From Cloacimonetes bacterium UBA6097 (lineage in GTDB: Bacteria > Cloacimonadota > Cloacimonadia > Cloacimonadales > Cloacimonadaceae), in NCBI GenBank assembly GCA_002435865.1, contig DIWV01000002.1:127370-191369 (forward strand): a stretch of 64,000 bases of DNA, in the 5' to 3' direction. Numbering within the stretch: position 1 is the stretch's first letter; the number at the start of each line of letters is the position of its first letter. This document shows, piece by piece, positions 36,462-45,783 of the stretch. The translations under genes and the position numbers were made by a program. The notes under the pieces are model-generated. The model made no database searches and was not told where the DNA came from. It saw nothing but the letters and a program-made list of their open reading frames with translations.

Positions 36462-39400
36462 CTATCTGATGATAGCTTTTAACTCCTTCCAGGTTACTTT
36501 ACTACTTCTGGAGACTAAATCATTAAAAGCAGTTTCCTGTTCACGTGTGTAGAACTTTACTGCCACTACCTTGTAAAACATTGAGGTGCAGAACAATGCT
36601 ACTTCCTGATGAATATATGTCAACCCTGTTGTGCTTCCAAGATACCAGAAATAGTCATCATCATCCGGAGTTTCATTAAACAGGATAATATACCTGTCCG
36701 GAGTGGCAGGAACACCGTAAATAGTAGTTGAAACCGCATCCCAGCTTATTTCAGCATTGTTTGCATTAATTGTAATCAGGACATTTTCCGGTATAGAAAG
36801 TGGAACTTCCACATTACCAATAAGGGTAATCATTATTACCGGCTGATTTATTGAATTATTAATAATCCTCATCGTATCGTATACAGCAGCATTAGTTAAC
36901 GGTGCAAAGGTCACTGTTATAAGAATTGAACTTCCTGCATATACAGGAACCGGAATTATTCCATGTGGAAAAAACCTTGTCTCTGGTTGTGCAAAAGTTA
37001 TTTCGTTAATCCACAAAGTGTCTGTGCCGTTATTCAGAATTTCAATTTGCTGATGAGACTGCTGTCCGGGATTAACCATACCATAACTCATTATAGCAGG
37101 TGACAATAATTGTGCCATTGGAACATGAGGAGTTGCCGTAATGTAATCCGTTCTGGTATAGGTCTGCACTCCGTCAAAGGAGTTTGTAACTGTCAGTGAT
37201 ACAGTATATGTTCCCGGGATTTCATAAATATGCGTAGGATTTTCCATGTCGGAAGTATTTCCATCGCCAAAGTCCCATAGCCGGGTTGAGATTATGCCAC
37301 TTCCGGGATTGACTGTTTCGGTAAAATTAACTTCAAGGGGAATCTCTCCGGTTGTGTTGTCAGCCACAAAGTCAATTGTCGGCAGAACCACTTCAAAAGG
37401 ATGAATAATAAAACTGCCTGAACTTTCAATATGCATATAGCTGTCTTCTGTGGAGGTTAATCTTACCCTGCAGGTAGTTGAAGGCAAATTCGGCACTTCC
37501 CATGCATAGTAACTATACCAGGCAGGAACGTTGCCGGCAAGATTAGTCCAGGTTATTCCATCATCATAACTGAGATCAATATTAATGGCATTCAAGCCAA
37601 ATTCATCCCAGGTTATCTCCTGATTGGAAAGAGCAAAATAGTTCTCACCACCATCTGGAGCTTGCAGAACAAGTACTTTGTCAGTAACTACAAAAGGATT
37701 CTCAGACTTGCCTATTATCCGGCTGGAATTGCTTTCAACTGCCCTCAGCCACATCTCATTTGCCTGTCCGGTAATACAAAACCACTGCATTTCCTGATTT
37801 AACACTGAAACTGCATTGTTGTTTATTCTAGTCCAGATGGTATCATCAGTGGAAAATTCCCACCAGATATTCCAGGCAGGATTTACAGCCTGGTTTGTCC
37901 ATCTGATGGGGAAAAGAGATGTATTGGTAACAAATCCACCGCCATTGGCATTCATCAGTTTAAGAGGATTGCGAATACTGAAGTCAGCATCGCTAATGTC
38001 ATACATGGCAGGATTATCAGCATTTGAAACCCTGATTCTGCCGGTTGAGGTTGGTGTTCCGGGGACCGATGTAATAAAGCTTCCTGCACTTGCAGGAGTT
38101 GAAGATATTATCTCAGACCAGTTGTTTCCGCCGTCCGGAGAATACTCTATCTTTACATTGGTAACTCCAGGCGCAGACCACATAATATCAGCGTTATAAT
38201 AATCAGAATAATCACCTGTAATCACTTCTCCGCCATTGGGAGAAATTACCTGTACTTTACCTATACCAAAGACATTATCCGAAATGTCATATATTTCAGG
38301 ATTAGCTATACTGCGAACCCTTATTCTGCAATTGGAAGAAGGATTGTCGGGAACAGACCACTGGTAGGTATTTGTATCTAATCCTGTAATAATTTCAGTC
38401 CAGGATACGCCATTATCTATGCTCAAATCAAGAGCTACATTTGTTACATTTTGCCTAATCCAGTTGATATCGATACTTTGCCCCACATTAAAGTGAATAC
38501 CGCTGTTATTGGGATATGAGAACAATAACTTTGGCAAAGTACTACTTGTAGTAATCCTGAAGGCATCACTCACATCGTTAAACAATTGATTGTCAGCCGA
38601 AGCTATCATAATTTTACATAGGGTGGAATTCAGCGCCGGCACCTGATAGTAATAAAATCCCTGGCTGCCTGCAACAGTTGCCAGGTTATACCATTGGCTG
38701 CCATTATCAAATGATATGTATAATACAACCTGCGGAGGAGGATTAATCGTTGACCAGCTAACTGTTCTGGTTGTTCCTGATAGCCATATGTCTCCTGCCA
38801 CAGGATATTCCAACACATCATAACCATACGTTTGAAAGGACCAGACAGGACAATCCGGTGCATCTCCAAATGAGTTATACGGTACTATTTTCCAATAGTA
38901 AGTAGTATTTAATTCCAAATCAGGAGATGGATTATAATTTAGAGTTGCTCCCAAATCCAGGCTATCAACAATATTGGTGGGCGGATTATCTGTCCCGAGC
39001 CAGATTTTGAAACCTGATGGAATATTTGAACCCAAAGAGTTGATATTGCCATTCCAGTTTAGTATTTTGGATGGTAATATTGACACAGAAGTATTTCCTG
39101 GAAGAGGTTGTGATGCTATGTCAGGGATTTGTGTCACTTCTGTCAGTTTTGCCACATAGATATTGTCACTGTAGTCACCTGTAGATAGACTATTGTAGCC
39201 AAAAGTTGCAGCGATCCTATAACTTCCGGTTATAAATACTTCTCCGGCGTTATTTACAGCATTTGAAAATGCTATGTCATAATCATTACCACCCGCGCTT
39301 TTTGCCCAAACCCAGTTACCGAGACTGTCTATTTTTGCAACGAAAGGGTCATAATGAGGTGAATTAAGGATTGTTGTACCAAAAGTAGCATTTCCACTAA

Positions 39401-40484
39401 AATAACCTGATGTGTATAAATTGCTAGCGCTGTCAATTGATAAACCCCTGCTTTCCACATTACTTGTTACGACTGCCTGGGTTGCCCATTGCCAGATACC
39501 TGCGCTGTCAATTTTCGCTACGTAAGCATTCATATTAGGGGCACCGGCTAAACTTATAGCGCCGAAACTTGCAGAATACTGATATGTTCCGGATATATAT
39601 GCATCTCCATTATTATTTGCTGTTATACTATAACAGGATTGATAGTTGGGTCCTCCGCCTTGTGTTGTCCAAATCCAGTTACCCTCGGTATCGAGTTTTG
39701 CTACAAATACATCATTATCCCATTGTTGGGTACTGGATAATTGAGTAGTCCCAAATGTAGCAGTTCCTGCGAAATAACCGGATAGATAAACATAACCGGC
39801 ATTATCTGCAGTGATGGAGTATCCGGTCTCATTAGCTGACCCTCCGGCATTTTTCGCCCATAGCCAGTTGCCATTTGTGTCAAGTTTTGCTATGAAAATG
39901 TCTGTAGATCCCAATCCGGGTAAAACTGTGGAACCAAATGCAATTGTGTTATAATAATACCCGGTAACATAAGCATTTCCTGCGATGTCGCATGCTACAG
40001 ACCAGGAGTAATCACTGTCCCAACCACCGGCTTTTATTGCCCATAGCCAATTACCGTTCGTATCAAGTTTTGCCACAAAAATATCATGAGAACCAAAACT
40101 GGATAAAGTGGTCCCACCTATAGTGGTAGTATATTGAAATGCTCCTGTAAGGTAAATATTACCCGCACCGTCTAAGGCGATTGAGGTGCAATTATCATCT
40201 TCGGGTCCACCACCTTTTATTACCCAAAGCCAATTGCCGGCTGCATCAAGCTTGGCTATAAAAAAATCTCTTTGACCACTACTGGTTAATGTTGTTGTAC
40301 CTATTGTGGTTGTATCATAAAATATTCCCGCAACATAAGAATTGCCGGAATCATCAACTTTGATAGCCATTCCCTGATCCGTACTCGTCCCTCCGGCATC
40401 TTTCACCCATTGCCAGTCCATATTCTGTCCATAAAGTGCAGTTAGCACCAAAGCCATCACTAAAATTACAAATCTTCTTACCAT
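36462..40484 (-). CDS. Giant secreted protein with SBBP beta-propeller repeats, Ig-like repeats and a PKD domain (no T9SS tail seen)
   Basis: Signal peptide MVRRFVILVMALVLTALYG. About 9 repeats of the type GNWLWA..GG...D....A.D..GN.Y.TG.F.....FG......G..D.F.AKLD (SBBP-like). Repeated about 90-aa modules are present (SPNGGE...W...). PKD motif is WDFGDGNTS...HIYEIPGTYTVSLTVTN. Confidence 0.85.
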   Translation of the reverse strand: MVRRFVILVMALVLTALYGQNMDWQWVKDAGGTSTDQGMAIKVDDSGNSYVAGIFYDTTTIGTTTLTSSGQRDFFIAKLDAAGNWLWVIKGGGPEDDNCTSIALDGAGNIYLTGAFQYTTTIGGTTLSSFGSHDIFVAKLDTNGNWLWAIKAGGWDSDYSWSVACDIAGNAYVTGYYYNTIAFGSTVLPGLGSTDIFIAKLDTNGNWLWAKNAGGSANETGYSITADNAGYVYLSGYFAGTATFGTTQLSSTQQWDNDVFVAKLDTEGNWIWTTQGGGPNYQSCYSITANNNGDAYISGTYQYSASFGAISLAGAPNMNAYVAKIDSAGIWQWATQAVVTSNVESRGLSIDSASNLYTSGYFSGNATFGTTILNSPHYDPFVAKIDSLGNWVWAKSAGGNDYDIAFSNAVNNAGEVFITGSYRIAATFGYNSLSTGDYSDNIYVAKLTEVTQIPDIASQPLPGNTSVSILPSKILNWNGNINSLGSNIPSGFKIWLGTDNPPTNIVDSLDLGATLNYNPSPDLELNTTYYWKIVPYNSFGDAPDCPVWSFQTYGYDVLEYPVAGDIWLSGTTRTVSWSTINPPPQVVLYISFDNGSQWYNLATVAGSQGFYYYQVPALNSTLCKIMIASADNQLFNDVSDAFRITTSSTLPKLLFSYPNNSGIHFNVGQSIDINWIRQNVTNVALDLSIDNGVSWTEIITGLDTNTYQWSVPDNPSSNCRIRVRSIANPEIYDISDNVFGIGKVQVISPNGGEVITGDYSDYYNADIMWSAPGVTNVKIEYSPDGGNNWSEIISSTPASAGSFITSVPGTPTSTGRIRVSNADNPAMYDISDADFSIRNPLKLMNANGGGFVTNTSLFPIRWTNQAVNPAWNIWWEFSTDDTIWTRINNNAVSVLNQEMQWFCITGQANEMWLRAVESNSSRIIGKSENPFVVTDKVLVLQAPDGGENYFALSNQEITWDEFGLNAINIDLSYDDGITWTNLAGNVPAWYSYYAWEVPNLPSTTCRVRLTSTEDSYMHIESSGSFIIHPFEVVLPTIDFVADNTTGEIPLEVNFTETVNPGSGIISTRLWDFGDGNTSDMENPTHIYEIPGTYTVSLTVTNSFDGVQTYTRTDYITATPHVPMAQLLSPAIMSYGMVNPGQQSHQQIEILNNGTDTLWINEITFAQPETRFFPHGIIPVPVYAGSSILITVTFAPLTNAAVYDTMRIINNSINQPVIMITLIGNVEVPLSIPENVLITINANNAEISWDAVSTTIYGVPATPDRYIILFNETPDDDDYFWYLGSTTGLTYIHQEVALFCTSMFYKVVAVKFYTREQETAFNDLVSRSSKVTWKELKAIIR

Positions 40485-40729
40485 TATATCCTCTCAGGTT
40501 CTTTATTTAGTTGGATTTTTTTTATTTTAATTGGAATGTGGTTTTGTTATCCCTTAAAGCAGAGATGTTTTACTGTCAAGAAATATTCTATTTTATATCC
40601 TGGCTTGGAGGTTTTTTCCCTTAATTGAATTTTTTCTTCAGCTACAATTCTATAAAAGAAATGTATTTAATGCTTTACTTAATTAAGATTAGCTGTTTAA
40701 ATATGAGCTCTTTTTAACGTTAAATGAGC

Positions 40730-41521
40730 TTATAACAACTTTCTTTCAGTCAGTTTTTTTCTCAGGATTTCTTTCAAAAGTTTATATGTTGGCGGCGGAC
40801 CAAATTCTACGGGTTCTGAATCGAAGTAAAAAGCATCAGAAAGTCCCCATTCTTCCATCACAGCTTTATCACGTGTGTTGTATTCTTCAAACAATACAGT
40901 ATTGGGATATTTTGCTGCCAGTCGTTTTATTCGTTCATAAGTGATGTTCTGATCAAGGCACCAGCCATTTACAAAGACGCTGATTTTCAGTTTATTTTCA
41001 CCCGGTGTTGGAGTCTTCTTTGGTTTAATCCATTTGGGTGGAACTGCATCATCAGCATATGTTTTCCAGACAAGTGCAGCCATCCCGTCACTGTCGATTT
41101 TCTCATATCCGTGTTTGATATACCAGGCAGCAGTCATCCAGAATGGCATTTCCAGACCCCAGGCAACGATACCTTTTGCCCCAAGAGACTGTACATCAGC
41201 TTCTGTAGCTTCCAAAAGAGCTGTGCCAAGTCCTTTACCGGATAGGTCTCCCCTGCCTGCTTTGTGACCATGCACCCAGATACAACAGATAAAATAAAGG
41301 TCTTTACCTTCTATAATAGAATACTCTACCGGCAGATATTGTATCATGCCTGCAATCACTCCCTCATCGTTCAAAACCAGCTTTACCCTGAGTCCTTTTT
41401 CTTTCATATCATTGAACCAAAGCTGTTTTTGATTACCTGCTTCTTTCATTTCGTCGGACCATTCTTCCAGACAGACAAAATACAACTGCTCATGTTCAGG
41501 AGTTAAATCTATTACTTTCAT
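40730..41521 (-). CDS. GNAT-family N-acetyltransferase with C-terminal thioredoxin-like extension
   Basis: 263 aa. ...CIWVHGHKAGRGDLSGKGLGTALLEATEADVQSLGAKGIVAWG is an acetyl-CoA binding Q/R-x-x-G-x-G/A-type motif. The function is not specified further. Confidence 0.7.
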   Translation of the reverse strand: MKVIDLTPEHEQLYFVCLEEWSDEMKEAGNQKQLWFNDMKEKGLRVKLVLNDEGVIAGMIQYLPVEYSIIEGKDLYFICCIWVHGHKAGRGDLSGKGLGTALLEATEADVQSLGAKGIVAWGLEMPFWMTAAWYIKHGYEKIDSDGMAALVWKTYADDAVPPKWIKPKKTPTPGENKLKISVFVNGWCLDQNITYERIKRLAAKYPNTVLFEEYNTRDKAVMEEWGLSDAFYFDSEPVEFGPPPTYKLLKEILRKKLTERKLL

Positions 41522-41717
41522 GCTGACCTCCAGATCGGATTCAATAAATTATTTAGAATAGCCTGCCTGTCAAGGTTTATCATTCCTAATATTGAACCAT
41601 CTGTGATAATGAATAGTGTGTAGTCCTGTGTACTTATTCTCTCTTCATTTCTAATCCGGAAAGCAAATAAATGTTGAAATGACTCTCTTTTTCCCCTTGG
41701 ATGTTCCTTAGGATTTT

Positions 41718-41803
41718 CAGTATATCTGCAGTATAGTTTCTGTATACTTGCAGTATAGTTTCTGTATACTTGGATACAGAAACTATACATTAAATATACT
41801 GCA
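41718..41803. repeat. Composite palindromic repeat, family A, copy 2
   Basis: A perfect 22-nt tandem GCAGTATAGTTTCTGTATACTT x2 (41728-41771) is followed by the inverted partial GGATACAGAAACTATAC and ...ATATACTGCA. It generates the spurious ORF 41518-41790. Confidence 0.85.
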
Positions 41804-41967
41804 AATACACAATTGATTTATTGAAGTAAAAAAGCACAAAAAAAGCATTTAAGTAGGACTAAATTAGCTAAGAAAAATAAAGTATTTGCATAAAATTGTG
41901 AGGGTAAATATATTGGTTTATGTATATAATGAAGATACTGAAGTATAAATAATATCAAGGAGATAAG

Positions 41968-42798
41968 ATGTTTACAAAAAAGAAAGTAGTCTTCTTACTG
42001 GTTATAATAGTAGCTCTTGGAGCACTTCTGTTTGCCGAAGAAGCAAAGAAAAAGGATGTTAATGATATGTCAAACCTGATGAACAAAAAAGTCAATGTTG
42101 TAATGAAAACAAATCAAGGCACGATTGAGCTTGAACTCTGGCCCGATATGGCTCCGGAAACCGTAAAGAACTTCACTAAACTCAGTAAAGACGCCTTCTA
42201 TGAGAAGACTTATTTCCACAGGGTAATTCCTGATTTTATGATTCAGGGCGGAGATCCCAATACCAAGGATTCAACACGAGCAAACGACGGACAGGGCGGT
42301 CCCGGATACCAATTTGAAGATGAGTGTTATATTGATGGTGAGCCAATAACCGGTAATATCGATACTGATGAAATGGCATTCAAGGTCTGGACTGAAGTTA
42401 TCATGCCATATATGCAAAGCACAGAAAATCCTAATCCAGTCATCCAAGCGATTGTCGATTCCGTACAGATTAAGCAAAGTGGTGAACCCATTATGGAGAA
42501 AACTATTGGATTTTTCACCGATGCAACAGGAATTCAATTGAAGGAAAAAACCCTGAAGCATAGCGTTGACTACGGTACAATCTGCATGGCAAACAGCGGT
42601 CCCAATACAAATGGCTCGCAGTTCTTTATCGTTACCAAGAAAGACGGAGCTGCCTGGTTGGCTGGCAAACATACAGTCTTTGGACAAGTAACCAAGGGAA
42701 TGGACATTGTCCATAAAATAGAAGCCCTTCCCCGTGATAAATCAGATAATCCACTGGTGGAGAACCAGGCAATAATTCAAAAAATAACTATTAAATAA
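41968..42798 (+). CDS. Cyclophilin-type peptidyl-prolyl cis-trans isomerase (secreted, with about 70-aa insertion)
   Basis: 276 aa with an N-terminal signal or anchor. Motifs are FHRVIPDFMIQGGDP, GGPGYQFEDE, GTICMANSGPNTNGSQFFIV and HTVFGQV..GMDIVHKIE. Confidence 0.9.
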   Translation: MFTKKKVVFLLVIIVALGALLFAEEAKKKDVNDMSNLMNKKVNVVMKTNQGTIELELWPDMAPETVKNFTKLSKDAFYEKTYFHRVIPDFMIQGGDPNTKDSTRANDGQGGPGYQFEDECYIDGEPITGNIDTDEMAFKVWTEVIMPYMQSTENPNPVIQAIVDSVQIKQSGEPIMEKTIGFFTDATGIQLKEKTLKHSVDYGTICMANSGPNTNGSQFFIVTKKDGAAWLAGKHTVFGQVTKGMDIVHKIEALPRDKSDNPLVENQAIIQKITIK

Positions 42799-42819
42799 TA
42801 TTCCATTAACCCTGTTCCA

Positions 42820-42855
42820 TATACCATTCCTGCTTGGCGGGAATGGTATATTTAT
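42820..42855 (+). terminator. Rho-independent terminator after the cyclophilin gene
   Basis: TATACCATTCC / 9-nt loop / GGAATGGTATA followed by TTTAT. Confidence 0.55.
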
Positions 42856-42868
42856 CTATGAGGTGGTA

Positions 42869-43078
42869 ATGAAAGCTATTTACACTTTTGAAGATGAACA
42901 CACCGGTAAAGTCTATGTTCTGATTCCAAAAATACGTGAAATCTCTACCGCTTTAGGTAGTATTGTAATTACATATGATAATGGTGATAAAAAGACTTTT
43001 GACGTACCAAACCTAAAACAAACGATGGACCATTTGCTTATATCCATTGAAGCTTATTACGCTGATTTGAGAAAGTAA
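42869..43078 (+). CDS. Small hypothetical protein
   Basis: 69 aa from the ATG at 42869 (the track uses the GTG at 42863). A GAGGTGG RBS lies just upstream. It has no recognisable motif. It is supported only by its position in a co-directional gene string. Confidence 0.45.
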   Translation: MKAIYTFEDEHTGKVYVLIPKIREISTALGSIVITYDNGDKKTFDVPNLKQTMDHLLISIEAYYADLRK

Positions 43079-43134
43079 AGCTCTTTTTTTTCAAACAACT
43101 AATAATTCAACTTTAAAGAAGAGAGGTTTTGAGC

Positions 43135-43998
43135 ATGAGTACTCCCCTATTTGACCTTCATCAATTTTGGGTTAATATTGTAACACCTGAAAAAATCGCA
43201 TTATATGTAAAAATCCTGTTGATTCTTTTTATCGGAATACCTCTGGTAGGATTCATTAAACGCCTGACGGGAAGACTGATCAAGGATAAATTTTCGCTGC
43301 AGTCAGAGATGCTGATAAAGAGATTTGTCTATTACATCGGGATGATGATTATCTTTATCAGCGTTCTGAATGAAATGGGATTCAAGCTGTCTGCACTGTT
43401 AGGTGCTGCAGGTGTTTTAGGTGTAGCAATCGGATTTGCTTCCCAAACCAGCTTTTCCAACATTATCAGCGGTATCTTTCTTATTTCAGAAAAGCCTTTT
43501 ACTGTAGGTGATATCATCCAGATTGGCGACACTGTCGGATACATTATATCAATAGATTTGCTCTCTATCAAAGTACGCACCTTTGATTACAGGTTTGTGA
43601 GAGTCCCTAATGAAAATATGATTAAGGCCGAAATTGTTAACCTCACAAGGTTTGACACCCGTAGGGTAAATATTAATATCTCCGTGGCTTATAAAGTTGA
43701 CCTTAATAAAGTATTCACTATCCTGAAAGATGTTGCAGCTAAGGAACCTATGGCTATGAAAGAGCCGGAACCGGTTATTTTCATTGATAAGTTTGGGAAT
43801 TCAGGCATTGATATTATGTTTGGGGTTTGGGGCAATACAGAAAATTTCGTTGAACTTAAAAATGCTTTGTATATGAAAGTAAAGGAACGTTTTGAAGCTG
43901 AAGATATTGAGATTCCTTACCCTCATATAAAAGTAGCCAACACTGAAGATTCCCTCATTCCGGTTGGAGTTCAGATGAGGAGTAAAGCAGAAGCTTGA
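43135..43998 (+). CDS. Small-conductance mechanosensitive channel (MscS family)
   Basis: TM helices are followed by FSNIISGIFLISEKPFTVGDIIQIGDTVGYIISIDLLSIKVRTFDYRFVRVPNENMIKAEIVNLTR. The ATG at 43135 is 8 nt after AGAGAGG (the track start at 43129 is a TTG). Confidence 0.85.
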   Translation: MSTPLFDLHQFWVNIVTPEKIALYVKILLILFIGIPLVGFIKRLTGRLIKDKFSLQSEMLIKRFVYYIGMMIIFISVLNEMGFKLSALLGAAGVLGVAIGFASQTSFSNIISGIFLISEKPFTVGDIIQIGDTVGYIISIDLLSIKVRTFDYRFVRVPNENMIKAEIVNLTRFDTRRVNINISVAYKVDLNKVFTILKDVAAKEPMAMKEPEPVIFIDKFGNSGIDIMFGVWGNTENFVELKNALYMKVKERFEAEDIEIPYPHIKVANTEDSLIPVGVQMRSKAEA

Positions 43999-43999
43999 A

Positions 44000-44677
44000 A
44001 TGCAGATAATAAAAGGCATAATATTTGATCTGGACGGCACTTTACTCTATACCCTGGATGATATTGCAGATGCAGAAAACAGTGCCCGGGCAGAATTAAA
44101 TCTTCCTCCCTTACCTGTTGAGGACTATCGCTGGATTGTAGGCGGTGGAGCAGATGACCTGGCAAGGAAACTATTGCCTGAAAACAGGCAGTCAAACGAA
44201 GATATCATTAAATTCGTAGAGCGGTTCCGCTATTATTATCACCTGAACTGGCATCACAAGACAAAACTCTATCCCGGCATCTCAGAATTAATCAAATTCC
44301 TGCGGGATAAGCAATATCCTCTAGCAATACTGTCCAATAAACCTGAAGAATTTGCCCTGAAAATAGTTGACTACTACTTCCCTGACTGGCAGGGAATAAG
44401 CAAGCCTAAGACATTCACTCATGTTATAGGACAGAGAAAAGGCTGTAAGATAAAACCTGACCCGGCAGCAGCACTTGAAATTGCAACTGAATGGAATATA
44501 AGCCCGGAATTTATTGGACTGGTTGGCGACTCTGATATTGATATAATCACCGCTCATAATGCAGGAATGATATCTGTAGGTGCCGAATGGGGATTTAGAG
44601 GAAGTGATGAACTGGCAGCTAATAATGCACATATCCTGTTAACATCCCCTCTGGATTTAATCAAATACTTAGATTAG
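44000..44677 (+). CDS. HAD-superfamily hydrolase (phosphoglycolate phosphatase-like)
   Basis: Motif I is IIFDLDGTLLYT, motif II is ILSNK and motifs III/IV are K...VGDSDIDIITAHNAGM. Confidence 0.85.
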   Translation: MQIIKGIIFDLDGTLLYTLDDIADAENSARAELNLPPLPVEDYRWIVGGGADDLARKLLPENRQSNEDIIKFVERFRYYYHLNWHHKTKLYPGISELIKFLRDKQYPLAILSNKPEEFALKIVDYYFPDWQGISKPKTFTHVIGQRKGCKIKPDPAAALEIATEWNISPEFIGLVGDSDIDIITAHNAGMISVGAEWGFRGSDELAANNAHILLTSPLDLIKYLD

Positions 44678-44686
44678 GATTAGAGT

Positions 44687-45103
44687 ATGAAAAGCTATCG
44701 TAAAGAGTTATGGTTTAACACAAGTAACCGCAGGGAGTATATAAATATTACTCCTCAGGTTGATGAATGTCTCAGGGAAAGCGGCATCAGGGAAGGTCTC
44801 TGCCTGGTTAATCCCATGCATATCACTGCAAGTGTGTTCATTAATGACAATGAACATGGATTACATCAGGATTTTGAAAAATGGCTGGAAAAACTGGCAC
44901 CGGAGCTTCCCCATTCGCAATATGCTCATAACGGCTTTGAAGATAATGCGGATGCTCATTTAAAAAGACAGGTGATGGGCAGAGAAGTTGTGGTAGCAGT
45001 TACCAACGGTAAATTGGATTTTGGTACATGGGAACAAATATTCTATGGTGAATTTGATGGGAAAAGACGCAAACGTGTGTTGGTAAAGATAATTGGTGAT
45101 TAG
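44687..45103 (+). CDS. YjbQ/UPF0047 family protein (secondary thiamine-phosphate synthase-like)
   Basis: 138 aa. ...[31 protein letters not shown]...[47 protein letters not shown]. Confidence 0.85.
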   Translation: MKSYRKELWFNTSNRREYINITPQVDECLRESGIREGLCLVNPMHITASVFINDNEHGLHQDFEKWLEKLAPELPHSQYAHNGFEDNADAHLKRQVMGREVVVAVTNGKLDFGTWEQIFYGEFDGKRRKRVLVKIIGD

Positions 45104-45128
45104 GTTTTAAATACCGGACAGAATATTA

Positions 45129-45773
45129 ATGGCAAACAAAGTCTTAGTAATTTCGGGGATTAGTGCAGTTCTTTTTATAGGTTATCTAATATATAATTCT
45201 GTAACTGAACCTGTTTTCCGGCAAAGCGATACTTCTATAGATATAGCAGATGATCCGGCACAAAAAACGCTTAAAGATGTTACTTTAGCTCCGATGCAGC
45301 TCGGAAGTTCCAGGTTTTTCTTCGATGTTAAAGCTTCTTATACGCTTAAAGGTATGCTGGTTAGTAAAAGAAGATATTCCAGGGGATTTATGAGCAGACT
45401 TTCACCCTATGATTATGCAATCATCTGGGGTAAGACTATTGATATGCTGCCACATTTAAGATTCACTCAGACTTACAGGTACTGCCTGTATAATTACAAA
45501 CTATCCACTCCTGTAGATCCTAAGTATGTTCAGTCACATATGTCAAATAATCATATGATTCCATCCACCCAAAATATCCGCAAAGCTCTTAAATATGCAA
45601 AGAAAGGTGATTTGGTAGAGATAGAAGGATATCTGGTGTATGTAACTGCTACCTCAAAGAATAAAGGGACAAGCAATTGGAATTCAAGCTTAATAAGGGA
45701 AGACGATGGTAATGGAGCCTGCGAAGTTATTTATATAACTAAGCTTCGAATCAAAGACAAGATTTATGAATAG
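45129..45773 (+). CDS. Membrane-anchored hypothetical protein
   Basis: 214 aa with a single N-terminal TM helix (VLVISGISAVLFIGYLIY). No recognised motif. It is the last gene of the mscS-HAD-yjbQ string. Confidence 0.6.
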   Translation: MANKVLVISGISAVLFIGYLIYNSVTEPVFRQSDTSIDIADDPAQKTLKDVTLAPMQLGSSRFFFDVKASYTLKGMLVSKRRYSRGFMSRLSPYDYAIIWGKTIDMLPHLRFTQTYRYCLYNYKLSTPVDPKYVQSHMSNNHMIPSTQNIRKALKYAKKGDLVEIEGYLVYVTATSKNKGTSNWNSSLIREDDGNGACEVIYITKLRIKDKIYE

Positions 45774-45783
45774 TTAACTAAAG

